64,000 bases of DNA from Truepera sp. (GCA_965218435.1 CBDCKW010000005.1:256001-320000); one strand, 5' to 3'; shown: positions 41,912 to 51,290, counted from the first letter of the stretch. Notes: generated by a model from the letters alone, not told the origin. Made by a program: numbers and translations.

Positions 41912-44320
41912 ATCGGGTAAGGAGACGGCATCACTGCCGCCCCCTCCCCTCAGAACCGGACGTGCCTCTCTCAAGGCATCCGGCTCAAGCAGAAAATGAA
42001 GCATCAAAGGAGTAATTCTCTCGTAGCTCGGGGAAGATTATCTTTCACCGAGCCGTGGACTTGTTGGTGACAGGTTAGATGCAGTATCCGCTGTTTTGCA
42101 AAGTCATGCCGTGCTAAATTCTTTTGGTCAGTAATCAAGTGATGACGATGCAGTGGCTCACCGTTATTCAGCGAACCAAAACACACGGGGCAGATAAAGT
42201 CGTGTTGCTTAGCCACCTCATAGTGAAGACCTGAGAGACCGGAGTACTTTCGACTTCTCTTTGCCCAATAGTTTTTCTGCAAGGCGTCATCGGGTGCAGC
42301 AAGGTTGAATACCAACCGATGCCGCGTGATTTTGAACCAAGCGAGCTTCGCCAGATAAGTGTTGCCGTCGGGGTCGCCAAAGACCCACCGAGCTTTTCTT
42401 AAGTGATGATGCTGCCCAAAGTATTTAGCTACGCGCCAGCCAACCGATTTTGTCGGGTGTTGCCATCTTATCCACTTGACCAGCTTTTGGAAGAGCCAAG
42501 AGTCAAGCGAGGCAAACACCTTTGCTGACGAAACGGGTTGAAAATAACGCGCCCAACCACGTAAAACGGGGTTGAGATGGTGGATGAGCACCTGAGCATT
42601 GTGCCCCCTTAAGCGCACAAACATCTCGGTAAGCTTTTTCTTGAACCTTGCGATTGAAGCGTTGCTGGGTTTGACAAGCCCGACGACCTTTTCTGGGTTA
42701 TCTCTCCGCTGATAAAGCCGGAAATTACACCCAAGAAAGTCAAAACCTCCCGTGAGATGCCTGATCTGGGTTTTAGCCTCGTTGAACACGAGTCCCCGAT
42801 CTGCAAACCACGTTCTCAGCTTTGTGCGAGCTTGTTCTGCTTCCTCACGAGTCTTGCAGAAAACGATAAAGTCGTCTGCATATCTCACGAGACCATAGCG
42901 GTTCTTACTGGATGTCTGACCATTGGCATAACGAGCAATACCAAGGGTCGTTTCCATGCCGTGAAACGCTATGTTAGCCAGCAAGGGACTAATAACACCT
43001 CCCTGCGGAGTACCCGCAGGCGTATCGTGCTTGACGGTACCGTCCATGAAGCCTGCCTTTAGCCACTGTTTAATCAGTTCCTTGGCGGGAAACTGACCGA
43101 TGGCCTGCAACAGGTGGGTATGGTCGATATTGTCAAATGCCCCTTGGATGTCTGCATCCAGTATCCACTGCTTAGTAGCGCGTGCCCTGCAATAGCTATA
43201 GGTCATACTCAGGGCGTCGTGGGTACTTCGCCCTGGTCTAAAACCGTAGCTACTTGGCTCAAAGCGAGCCTCCCACTCAGGTTCCAACGCATTTTTGACG
43301 CGTGCTTGATGAGCCCGGTCGCCAATGGTTGGTATCCCAAGCGGGCGTTTAGCACCACTTTGCTTCGGGATATAAATCCTGCGCGCAGGTTTGACATGCC
43401 AAGGTTGGGACTCTAGCAATTTGTCTACTAGAGCGGCCTTGGCTTTCGAGGTTAAGGCAACCTCTTTATCCACCCCTGCGGTTTTTCCACCCGCATTGTC
43501 CACAGTGACGCGACGGACGCTAACAACAGTGTTGGCGTAACTCCGTAGCATCAGCTTTTGGAGAGAACGAACCTTTTTAAGGTTCCCTTCCTTTGATGCC
43601 CTAAAGATTCTCTGTCTCAAGTTGCGTACCTGCCGATTGGCGCTACGCCAGTCAATGACCTGCCAATCGGTCGGGCTTTTGGTTCCGTTTGCTAAGCTTG
43701 GCGCTTGCATCTAACTTGCACCTCAATTCGCAACTTTCACGTTGGTCTTTAGGATTTCCACCAGTCCCGCGTCAGCTCCCTTTCAGGATGGGTATGCCCG
43801 TCATACGGCCCTATCCGGTGGGTTATGAATTCCCCGTGCCTTTCGGCTACCGGCTTTCGCTTTTCGGGACTTCTTGTTCCCGCTGGAGGGTTGTGCCTCG
43901 CTTGCGCTTGGCCTACCACTTGTGTGGACTCCATCGGGGTTTCCACGTTCCGCACGTAAGAGATGTGATCGGTTGCGGATGCCTTTTGTACCCCGGGTTC
44001 TTGGTGCCCTTGCATGAGCGCTATGCACCCATGACGCCGCGCAGCTTGAACACAGAGCTACGCCTTGAACCATGATCGTTTTGCTGTCGTCCAGCGATCT
44101 TTCTACCTTACGAGGCTTACAAAGGTTCACTTTCGTTCATCCTTCCGATCTTCTCCTTGCCTGTGGCCTTTTGACGACTAACGGCTCTTGGGCTTTCATT
44201 CGGGCTTCGCACCCTGTCGTTACCAACAACGCACGCCGAATGTGGAGATAGGCTTCAGGCACTCGCCTAGTTCAACCCTATGAGGGTTGAACACTCTTAC
44301 TGTGCGACTTCGTGTCGCAC
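41912..44320 (-). mobile_element. Group II intron 1 (IIB/chloroplast-like), 2409 nt
   Basis: 5' GTGCG; domain V GAGCCGGATGC...GCACGTCCGGTTC, domain VI, end TTACCCGAT; candidate EBS1 (44016-44021) and EBS2 (44057-44064) pair with exon 1. Confidence 0.95.
42004..43710 (-). CDS. ltrA: Group II intron reverse transcriptase/maturase with HNH-like C-terminus
   Basis: RPLGIPT..DR, GFRPGRS, GTPQGG.ISPLL.N, YADD, domain X, CPVC...HH...CH. Confidence 0.95.
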   Translation of the reverse strand: MQAPSLANGTKSPTDWQVIDWRSANRQVRNLRQRIFRASKEGNLKKVRSLQKLMLRSYANTVVSVRRVTVDNAGGKTAGVDKEVALTSKAKAALVDKLLESQPWHVKPARRIYIPKQSGAKRPLGIPTIGDRAHQARVKNALEPEWEARFEPSSYGFRPGRSTHDALSMTYSYCRARATKQWILDADIQGAFDNIDHTHLLQAIGQFPAKELIKQWLKAGFMDGTVKHDTPAGTPQGGVISPLLANIAFHGMETTLGIARYANGQTSSKNRYGLVRYADDFIVFCKTREEAEQARTKLRTWFADRGLVFNEAKTQIRHLTGGFDFLGCNFRLYQRRDNPEKVVGLVKPSNASIARFKKKLTEMFVRLRGHNAQVLIHHLNPVLRGWARYFQPVSSAKVFASLDSWLFQKLVKWIRWQHPTKSVGWRVAKYFGQHHHLRKARWVFGDPDGNTYLAKLAWFKITRHRLVFNLAAPDDALQKNYWAKRSRKYSGLSGLHYEVAKQHDFICPVCFGSLNNGEPLHRHHLITDQKNLARHDFAKQRILHLTCHQQVHGSVKDNLPRATRELLL

Positions 44321-45325
44321 ATACTCGCCGTAGACCTCCCGCACCAGGTCGTGGTCGCCGCCAAGCGTGACGATAACGCCAAAAGGCAGTTCGCCCTCGA
44401 TCAGGTCGTCAATGTGCCGGTCGCGTTCAGGGAGCGCCCCTTGCAGTTCAGCAAGTTTTTCCAGCGCTGTGATGATGGGCAATGCCTGCTCGAGCTTCTC
44501 AGTGCAGAGACCCCTACACCTCTCGAGGCTTAAAGCGCCGTGTTCCTGGTAGCGGGGCTCGAGGCGCGCATCGACCTTTTGGCTGGTCAGGAAGTGTTCC
44601 TGGGCGTAGGCAACGACATCCTCGTGGGTAAAAGCTTCTTTCCTGTCGCTAAACTGGTACTCGAGTTCCTCCTCGGCTTCTTCCAGCAACATACTGTCGT
44701 CGTCCATTCCTTGCCAGTAGTGCCAGCGGATGATGTCTTTGGCGACTTCGGGTGTAAACGCCGGGGTCAGGTCGAGCGTGCGGTAGACGTGCCCGAGGAT
44801 GCTCGGGCCGAGCTGCGGCTCCAGCTTGTCGAACGCCGTCGCCGCCGCGTCAAAGGAGATGACCGGAACGCCGCCGACGAATACCAGCAGGTAGTGACGC
44901 CCTTGTTCCTCGAACTTTGCGACCCGAAATGCGAGGTCGAATCCCGGATAGCCGAGGCTGTTGCCGAGCGTTCGGGTGATGGCCTTCTCGATGAGTGCGT
45001 TCGGGCTGCTGTAGGGCGCGTCGTCGCACTCGTGGACGAGTCCGACCTCGAGTAGCCTCAGCGCGAGCTGAGCCGAGGCAGCCTGCTCATTGTCAAGGCT
45101 GTAGTGCGAGGGGACACCCTCCAGCCGGGGAAGCGCTAGTCCAGCATAGGCAGGGAGGATGAAGGTGGGCGTTTGGCGGGTTTTCCTGTCCGACTGCTCA
45201 GCCGGGCGAGAAGCTGACCGACGGCCTGCGCGTGCGGGTCCTTGAGGTAAGCCTGCACGAGGGGTGGGTTGTGCGTTTTGCCCGAGGTGCTCCGGGCGAG
45301 TTCCTCTCCGAGTGTAGACACGCAT
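44321..45325 (-). CDS. PRTRC system protein F, exon 1
   Basis: AAAGGAGG RBS; LALPRL..VP motif, YWQG.DD acidic segment; position upstream of B and ThiF. Confidence 0.7.
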
Positions 45326-45450
45326 AAGCCTCCTTTGGCAGATAAATGCAGGGCAACTTCGGTTGCCCTGGAAACTTATACCCAGGTTCTAAATGCACAT
45401 TACGGCTTGGCTGAGACTGACTTTAAGCTGCACCTCGAGCCGTGTGCCAA

Positions 45451-45936
45451 TCAACGTCCTTCATTGGCAAGTCGTGCGTCGAAGCGGAAAGACCGGGGAG
45501 CCTCGATGGTCAGCTCTGTGAACTGCGGGTGTTCGGGGTTGAGCAGATAGTTCCGTTCCTCGGGCACGATGACGCTGGGGACGGCTAAGGCGACGCTTGC
45601 CTGCGCCGCCAGCCACGCATCCCCAACTCGCCTCGCACCGTCGCTGACCGCCCTTACCTGCCAGTCTTCGGGCAAGTCCTGCTGGCGCAGCTCGAGAACG
45701 AGCCGTTCGGGAATCGCGAGCTTGAAAACCACGTACTCCCGCTCGAAGCGCCGCCTGTCGGCGTGAACCAGCGTTTCCAGCGCGGCGAGTGACAAACTCC
45801 CACTGACGTAGACAACGCGTCTACCCGGTGTGTTCCAGCGTCCGCCGAAACGCCGTGCGCCTTCACCGTTAAAGGCGTCGGCTCGGCTGCCATACCTGGA
45901 TCTGACGAGTCGCCAAGCCGTGAACACCTCAGCCAC
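45451..45936 (-). CDS. RES domain toxin (MbcT/ParT-like)
   Basis: WRL...GEGA.RFGGRWN...Y.S.S.SLA.LE..VH...VPS.IVP.E.NYLLNP.H. Confidence 0.92.
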   Translation of the reverse strand: MAEVFTAWRLVRSRYGSRADAFNGEGARRFGGRWNTPGRRVVYVSGSLSLAALETLVHADRRRFEREYVVFKLAIPERLVLELRQQDLPEDWQVRAVSDGARRVGDAWLAAQASVALAVPSVIVPEERNYLLNPEHPQFTELTIEAPRSFRFDARLANEGR

Positions 45937-45956
45937 AAAGGTCGTTGAAACGCCGG

Positions 45957-46391
45957 TTAACTGTAAATGCCGTAGTCGATCCGCCCGAGCAGGTTCTCGA
46001 CCTCTCTTGCGCCGATCTCGGTATCGGCGTAGCCCAGCGGCGTGAGGTTGCCCAGGCTCAGATTTGGTGTTTTAAGCCACGCCGCTGCGTCACCGACGTC
46101 TTCAAATACCTGTGCGGCGCGCTCGAGCAAGTTGGCCAGGCGGAGTACGTGTTCGCTTTCGTCCGGGGCCAACCGGCCTGCACGCTTACGGCGGGTCAAC
46201 GTGGTTCCGCTGATTCCTGCCAGGTTTGCAAGCATCGCGTCGCTGACGCCCAGTGCCTCAGCGAGCGTGCGAAAGACCTGAATGGGCAACCCGCTCCTTA
46301 CGACCTCAATCAGGTCACGTGGGCGGTTCGTCAGACCTAACGTCTGTAAGACGCCCGTTGACCGAAACGGGGGGGGAACAAATGCATCCAT
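45957..46391 (-). CDS. Xre/MbcA/ParS antitoxin
   Basis: GLP...TL.RRK..G.L...ESE...W...PN.SLG..TP...V..LL.RI.YG.YS. Confidence 0.92.
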   Translation of the reverse strand: MDAFVPPPFRSTGVLQTLGLTNRPRDLIEVVRSGLPIQVFRTLAEALGVSDAMLANLAGISGTTLTRRKRAGRLAPDESEHVLRLANLLERAAQVFEDVGDAAAWLKTPNLSLGNLTPLGYADTEIGAREVENLLGRIDYGIYS

Positions 46392-46522
46392 ATGGTTAGT
46401 TTAGCATAGCCATGTGAACCGTAGCAAAAATTTTTGAAACCAAGAAGACGTTTGCAGGTCGTATATACGCATGTAAGGGTTGTTTATACTTTTAGGTGCG
46501 AGGATGGCAGGCTGTCGTGCTG

Positions 46523-46975
46523 TCATGGTCGTCGATACTCCCAGATGCTCACGGTGTCGGGCAATGTATCCAGCAGTTTGAGGACTTGGGCTCGAGGTAA
46601 ACCGCCCTGCCCGATACCAGGGAAGTTGAGGTAAACCTGTGCTGTAAGGTGGCGCTCGCACCAGCGTCGTAGCTTGGTGGCCGCCTCGCTGATAAGGCTG
46701 AGCTGGGCCGGGTCTTTCCAGTGCAATTTCGTCTGAAACGCCCCGAGTTTCGCCTCGGGCCAGCGCGGGCTCACGAGCAGCCCGTAGTGTTTACCCTGCT
46801 CGAGAACGGCTTTGCCGAGTGCTTGGCCGGGACCAGGGAAGCGGTCACGGGCTTCTTTAGCAATACCAGCTCCCATCACGAGCTTGCCTTGCAAGGTCAA
46901 GGTCGCATTGGCCGTAATGAGAAAGAGGTCGGCTTCGGAAAAGACCGACCACATATCGCCTTGGCGCAGCTTCAC
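46523..46975 (-). CDS. Macrodomain protein (DarG/TARG1-like)
   Basis: GD.W, VMGAGIAK..R.RFP, FQTK.HWK, PGIG.GGL; AAGGAGG RBS before GTG 46975. Confidence 0.8.
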   Translation of the reverse strand: MKLRQGDMWSVFSEADLFLITANATLTLQGKLVMGAGIAKEARDRFPGPGQALGKAVLEQGKHYGLLVSPRWPEAKLGAFQTKLHWKDPAQLSLISEAATKLRRWCERHLTAQVYLNFPGIGQGGLPRAQVLKLLDTLPDTVSIWEYRRP

Positions 46976-47155
46976 GTTGCACCTCCTTGAAGCTATGCTG
47001 CACCCTAAAGTGCAAAGCTGTTTTATGAGGTCGTAGCAAGGCGGCTTTGGAGCCGCTTGCAAGAGGGTATCGAGACGTTTCTACAGCGTTTTGGAAAAGA
47101 CTTTTCAGGCATGGCAGACCGACGTCCTTTTGGAAATCTTAGCCCCAGAGTAAAC

Positions 47156-49550
47156 GCTGGGTAAAGAAGTGGCATTACTGCCACTCCCTCCCCTAAGAAC
47201 CGGACGTGCGAGTTTCCCCGCATCCGGCTCAAGCTGTTCAAAGCCCCGGTGTTGGGGCCAGTTTCACAGCGTCGAATCGTCGGCTATGAATCTGACTATG
47301 GCAGTTGGGATGGATCATCAGCAAGTTGGATTGTCGATTATCACCGCCGCTGGCTCGTGGGATAATGTGATGGACATGCCATCCCTGTTCTCCCGTAAGC
47401 TTTTGGCGGCATACCGGACATGTTCCTCCTTGTTTTAGCCAAAGGGAACGCAACCTCTGTCGTCCGTCTAGTGAGGTCCTCATTTTGAAGGTCAAACGCT
47501 CTTCAAAGTAGGCTTCCCACCGGGGGTCGAACGGGTTGGCCTCCGTTTTGACCTTGATGTGTCGCTTAATGGGTACGTCGCCTGCGTTAAACAGTCTTGT
47601 CCATTGAGGCGTTCCATCGTTTAGGGTTTCCCCTGTTTTCGCCGCGAATACCCAGTTCCGGCTTCCCTTAGAGATGAAGTATTTATCCTTCAACCAGTGA
47701 GTGCCTTTGCCAGGATGACGGCGTTTTATCCAGCGCCATAGGGTTTGCCAAAGCTCTTTATTCACTGACTGAAACGTTTCGCTAGCAACAACATGTCTGT
47801 GATAGTTTGCCCATCCGCGTATCACCGGGTTGAGTTGTTTAATCACATGGCTTTGTTTTGCCGTTGGCTGACGTTTCACGATTTCTCTGACTTTATCCAA
47901 GAACGTCTTGACGCTCTCTTTTGACGGCTTAATGAGTAGCTTGCCGTCGTACTTGCGGATATTTTGCCCTAAGAAATCGAACCCCTCTTCGATATGGGTG
48001 ATTTTGGTTTTCTCTTGCGAGAGTTCCAAACCCCGAGCTGCCAGAAACTTGGTAATCAGGGGTTTAACTTCATTTTCTAACAACTCTTTTGAGTAGCCAG
48101 TCATAATGAAGTCGTCTGCATACCGAATCAGATTGACCTTCTAGGTGAATCGTTTTCCATCAACCGTTTTCCGTTTGAAGCCTTTGGTTAACAGGCATTC
48201 GAGGTCATCCAGGGTCATATTCATCAACGTTGGCGAGATGGGGCCGCCCTGCGGTGTCCCTGCCTCTGTTGGGTAGAGGGTCTTGTTGTCAATGAACCCA
48301 GCCTTCAGCCACTTGCGGAGCGTTACCTTGTCCGTGGGGATATGGTTCAGCATCCACTCGTGCTGAATCGTGTCGAAGCAGGCTTTGATGTCACCTTCCA
48401 GAATCCACTGAGCAGACGCTTTTGTTCCGAGGGAGTTAAAGCACCCTTCAATGGCGTCTGCCGTGCTTCGTTCTGGCCTGAACCCATACGAGTTCTTATC
48501 CGCTGTGGTCTCCGCGACGGGTTCGAGAGCCAGCAGGTAAAGTGCCTGCATCGCTCTATCCTTCATCGTGGGAATACCCAGCGGGCGCATCTTGCCATTG
48601 CTCTTAGGGATGTACACCCGCCTCAGCGGGCTTGGTTTGTAACCATGCCGTTTGAGGGACACGATGGCTTGAGATTTGGCCGCCGGGGTGGACCAGGTTG
48701 CCCCGTCTACACCCGGCGTGTTCTTGCCTTGATTCTCCGTCACTCGCCTGACAGCTAAAGCTTTGGCCGAGAACGAGTGGGTCAGCGTCCACTGCAAGGC
48801 TTTCACCTTGCCATGTCGGCCTTCCTGTGTCGCCTTTACAATACGCGCCTGGAGTTTCCTCACCGTTTGGTAGCACTTGGCCCAGTCGATGCTGTGCCAG
48901 TCCACGTTTGAGTGGGAGGATGCACACGCTTTAGCGTTCATTTGCCTTTCCTCCTTAAGAGATTCTTCAAGCTCCCTTGTAACGAACAACCATACGGAAG
49001 TCTGCCCGCTTTCGCGTGGGGTGATGTCGCGGCTGCTCAACCCCTATCTGCCCCATTACAGAGCAGCGTTCGCTTTCTCCGCGCTCCTCTACCCACAGCC
49101 CTATCGGCCCGCCTTGCGGCTTGCTTTCCTTTACAGGAGGACTATGGGCTTACCGTGTTTCATCTAAGTAACAACGATGGGTTAGACCCTGCCTCTTCAC
49201 CGGTGGCCGTTTTATCCGTGTAACCCCAGCCAAGAACAGGGTTAACTGAGCCACGTACCTTTTGGTTCAAGCCTGTCAGCGTCTTTGGCTTGTTCTTGAT
49301 GACGATGTTTATCAGCAGTTCACATGTGTTGGTCATACCATCGAGCCCAGTCCCCTGACCGCTTTACGCTAGCAGCCAACGCTTTTACCTCACGGTTCGT
49401 GCGTAATCTTTCGATTCGGGTACTCTTTTCTCGGCAGCTTCACACCAGAGCGTTACCACCCTCGCATGTGCCGATAGGCTACTGTTGACGGAACAACAGG
49501 TTTTGTCGTCAGAGACGCAAAACAATTACTTAGACGACTTCACGTCGCAC
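47156..49550 (-). mobile_element. Group II intron 2 (IIB/chloroplast-like), about 2395 nt
   Basis: 5' GTGCG at 49550; domain V GAGCCGGATGCGGGGAAACTCGCACGTCCGGTTC; end TTACCCAGC; candidate EBS1 CUUGGC (49229-49234) pairs exon end GUCAGG. Confidence 0.92.
47238..49040 (-). pseudogene. ltrA: Intron 2 RT/maturase/HNH interrupted by one in-frame TAG (48141-48143)
   Basis: ...DGKRFT*KVNLIRYADDFIMTG...; both halves otherwise open, HNH intact. Confidence 0.9.
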
Positions 49551-49558
49551 CCTGACCT

Positions 49559-50107
49559 TCAAGCCGCACGGAGCACCTCCACCTCGGGCAGCTCGCCCGC
49601 TACCAAAGCTTCCCTGACGGCTTTCTCCAGGTTGACGACCGCGAGCTTGAGTTCGTAGGCGTGAAGCCGCTGCGAGCGGAGCTTCTTGACCATCTCCTCG
49701 GCTAGTGCGTGCTCCCACAACCACGTCTTCCACGAGTTGTGGAGCGGCAGGCGGAGCTGCCGAGACAACAGCGTGTAGAAGCACTCTGGCAGGTCCTCTT
49801 CGTGTTCGCAGATGACCAGCTCGCCTCGCAGCACGGTTTTCGAGAGCAGGAGGCCGTGGAAAGCGCCGGACGGGAGGCGTTCGGTCAGCAGCTTGCCGCC
49901 GTCTTGCGGGTTCATGCGGACGCTCCAGGTCCTTACCTCGTCGTGAAGGACAGTATTTTCACCTTTCATAAGCCGCGCCCAGATGGCCTTGACCGCCTCG
50001 CGTGAGCCGACCAGCGACAGGAGGTGAGCGTAGCCTTCTCTGCCGGTGCCGAACACGGCCTCGTCGACGTGGCACGCAAAGCCCTTAGTCTTTAGTAGCG
50101 GGACCAT
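49559..50107 (-). CDS. Hypothetical protein (182 aa) of ICE/plasmid type
   Basis: LLSLVGS..AVKAIWA.L...LPL..SW..WLW; resembles proteins that precede DUF6094 methyltransferase/helicase genes (from memory, unverified). Confidence 0.6.
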   Translation of the reverse strand: MVPLLKTKGFACHVDEAVFGTGREGYAHLLSLVGSREAVKAIWARLMKGENTVLHDEVRTWSVRMNPQDGGKLLTERLPSGAFHGLLLSKTVLRGELVICEHEEDLPECFYTLLSRQLRLPLHNSWKTWLWEHALAEEMVKKLRSQRLHAYELKLAVVNLEKAVREALVAGELPEVEVLRAA

Positions 50108-50111
50108 AACT

Positions 50112-50282
50112 TTACCGTTCGAGCCGGAGCGACAACCAGCGGGTCCCGTAACGTGCGGCGGCTCGCCTGTGGGCGGGCCGAGCGGCGGAGAGCGACGTGA
50201 AGCGCCGGGTGCGACCTGTTTTGCGGTAGGTGAGTACCCAGCCTTTTGCCTGTCCAGCCTTACCATCAGCGTGTTTGTCCAT
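50112..50282 (-). CDS. Small basic hypothetical protein (56 aa, below the ORF-track cutoff)
   Basis: AAAGGAAGG RBS, MDKHADGKAG...WLSLRLER*, stop 4 nt before the next ATG. Confidence 0.55.
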   Translation of the reverse strand: MDKHADGKAGQAKGWVLTYRKTGRTRRFTSLSAARPAHRRAAARYGTRWLSLRLER

Positions 50283-50367
50283 ATGAGGCACCTTCCTTTC
50301 GAGAAGTTGCCCCCGTGCTGCTCGCGCGAGCGAGCGTCCTTTTTAAGTTGTGTACGGAGCTTGATGC

Positions 50368-50610
50368 TCAGGGCTGGTCGTGCGTCCGTTTGGTGCGTCT
50401 CACCCAGCGATAAACGAACCAAGAAGGAACCGACACGAACCAGAAGAACGTCAAAAACGTGTCGACAATGCTTTGCCTGAACACCGATGATATAGGTCTC
50501 GGCAGGCCGTAGGGTTTGAGCCGGAAACGGTCCTCTGCTCCCGCCCAGAGGGTTAGGAGAAACCCCGACCAGTAGACGACGAATAGTACGGTCTCCAGAA
50601 TGTTGTTCAC
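50368..50610 (-). CDS. Small two-TM membrane protein
   Basis: GAGAGGA RBS+GTG; two aromatic-rich hydrophobic segments. Confidence 0.6.
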   Translation of the reverse strand: MNNILETVLFVVYWSGFLLTLWAGAEDRFRLKPYGLPRPISSVFRQSIVDTFLTFFWFVSVPSWFVYRWVRRTKRTHDQP

Positions 50611-50683
50611 ACCGATCCTCTCGGCGACTACAAGCGGTGTAACCGTCTCTCATTCTCGTCACCGTCGTACAAGCGGGGTCGCC

Positions 50684-51175
50684 TCAGTTGAGGTTTTGCT
50701 GCTCCGCTCGCCTTTTAAGTAGTCCGTCGATACGCCGGACGATGCTGTCGAGGGTTGCCTGCGCTTCCTTGGAATCTTGTAAGCTCACCTGCACGTCGTT
50801 CTCGCCGAACTCGAGCCGGGGCTCGCCGTTACCCAGCCGCTCACGCACGAAGGTCAAACCCTGCACGTAACCGCTGAGCTGCGCGACCTTGGTCTCGAGG
50901 GCCAGGTAGAGCGCCAGTTCATCTCGCTCGAACGCTCTACTACGCTCGGCCTTAAGGCGTTCGAGCGCGATCTGAGCGTCTTCGAGGCTCCGGTCGAGTT
51001 CAGGCAAGATGCCGTCCAGTTCGTCTAAATCGTCACGGTAGTCTTCACCTGGCAGCGCGCTGCCGAGGATAAACACCTCATCGTCCGCTTCATAATAGAC
51101 CTGGCGTTTGACATCGTGCTCGTCCTCGGTCTCGAACAGCCCGTCTCGGTCTTTATCTTTCATGAGCTTTAGCAT
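50684..51175 (-). CDS. Acidic coiled-coil hypothetical protein
   Basis: GAGGAG RBS; heptad-like helices. Confidence 0.7.
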   Translation of the reverse strand: MLKLMKDKDRDGLFETEDEHDVKRQVYYEADDEVFILGSALPGEDYRDDLDELDGILPELDRSLEDAQIALERLKAERSRAFERDELALYLALETKVAQLSGYVQGLTFVRERLGNGEPRLEFGENDVQVSLQDSKEAQATLDSIVRRIDGLLKRRAEQQNLN

Positions 51176-51290
51176 AACGTTGTCTCCTCGTTTGGGTGTA
51201 AGAAAGGGAGAAGAACCTAAACCAGGTTTAGGTTCAGGTTCTTCGTCGACACGTTATACGAGATAACGTGCCCGCCTGAGTGCTCAGGTC

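Noticed and set aside
41744..42007. 87-aa ORF as an independent gene
   Set aside because: Its first 32 codons are intron domains V/VI; the rest is exon 2 of protein F
17455..48143. Stop-codon reassignment suggested by five in-frame TAGs (17455, 19789, 32165, 32920, 48141)
   Set aside because: They would need different residues (Ser and Trp at least), many intact genes end in TAG, and TAA/TGA stops and frameshifts also break genes here; ordinary decay fits better
42004..49040. Retron, DGR or defence-associated reverse transcriptases
   Set aside because: Both RTs have domain X and an HNH-type C-terminus and lie inside group II intron RNA with GTGCG 5' ends and domains V/VI
49559..50662. 367-aa ORF as listed in the track
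   Set aside because: The N-terminal half overlaps two RBS-bearing ORFs in other frames; the real start is more likely 50107
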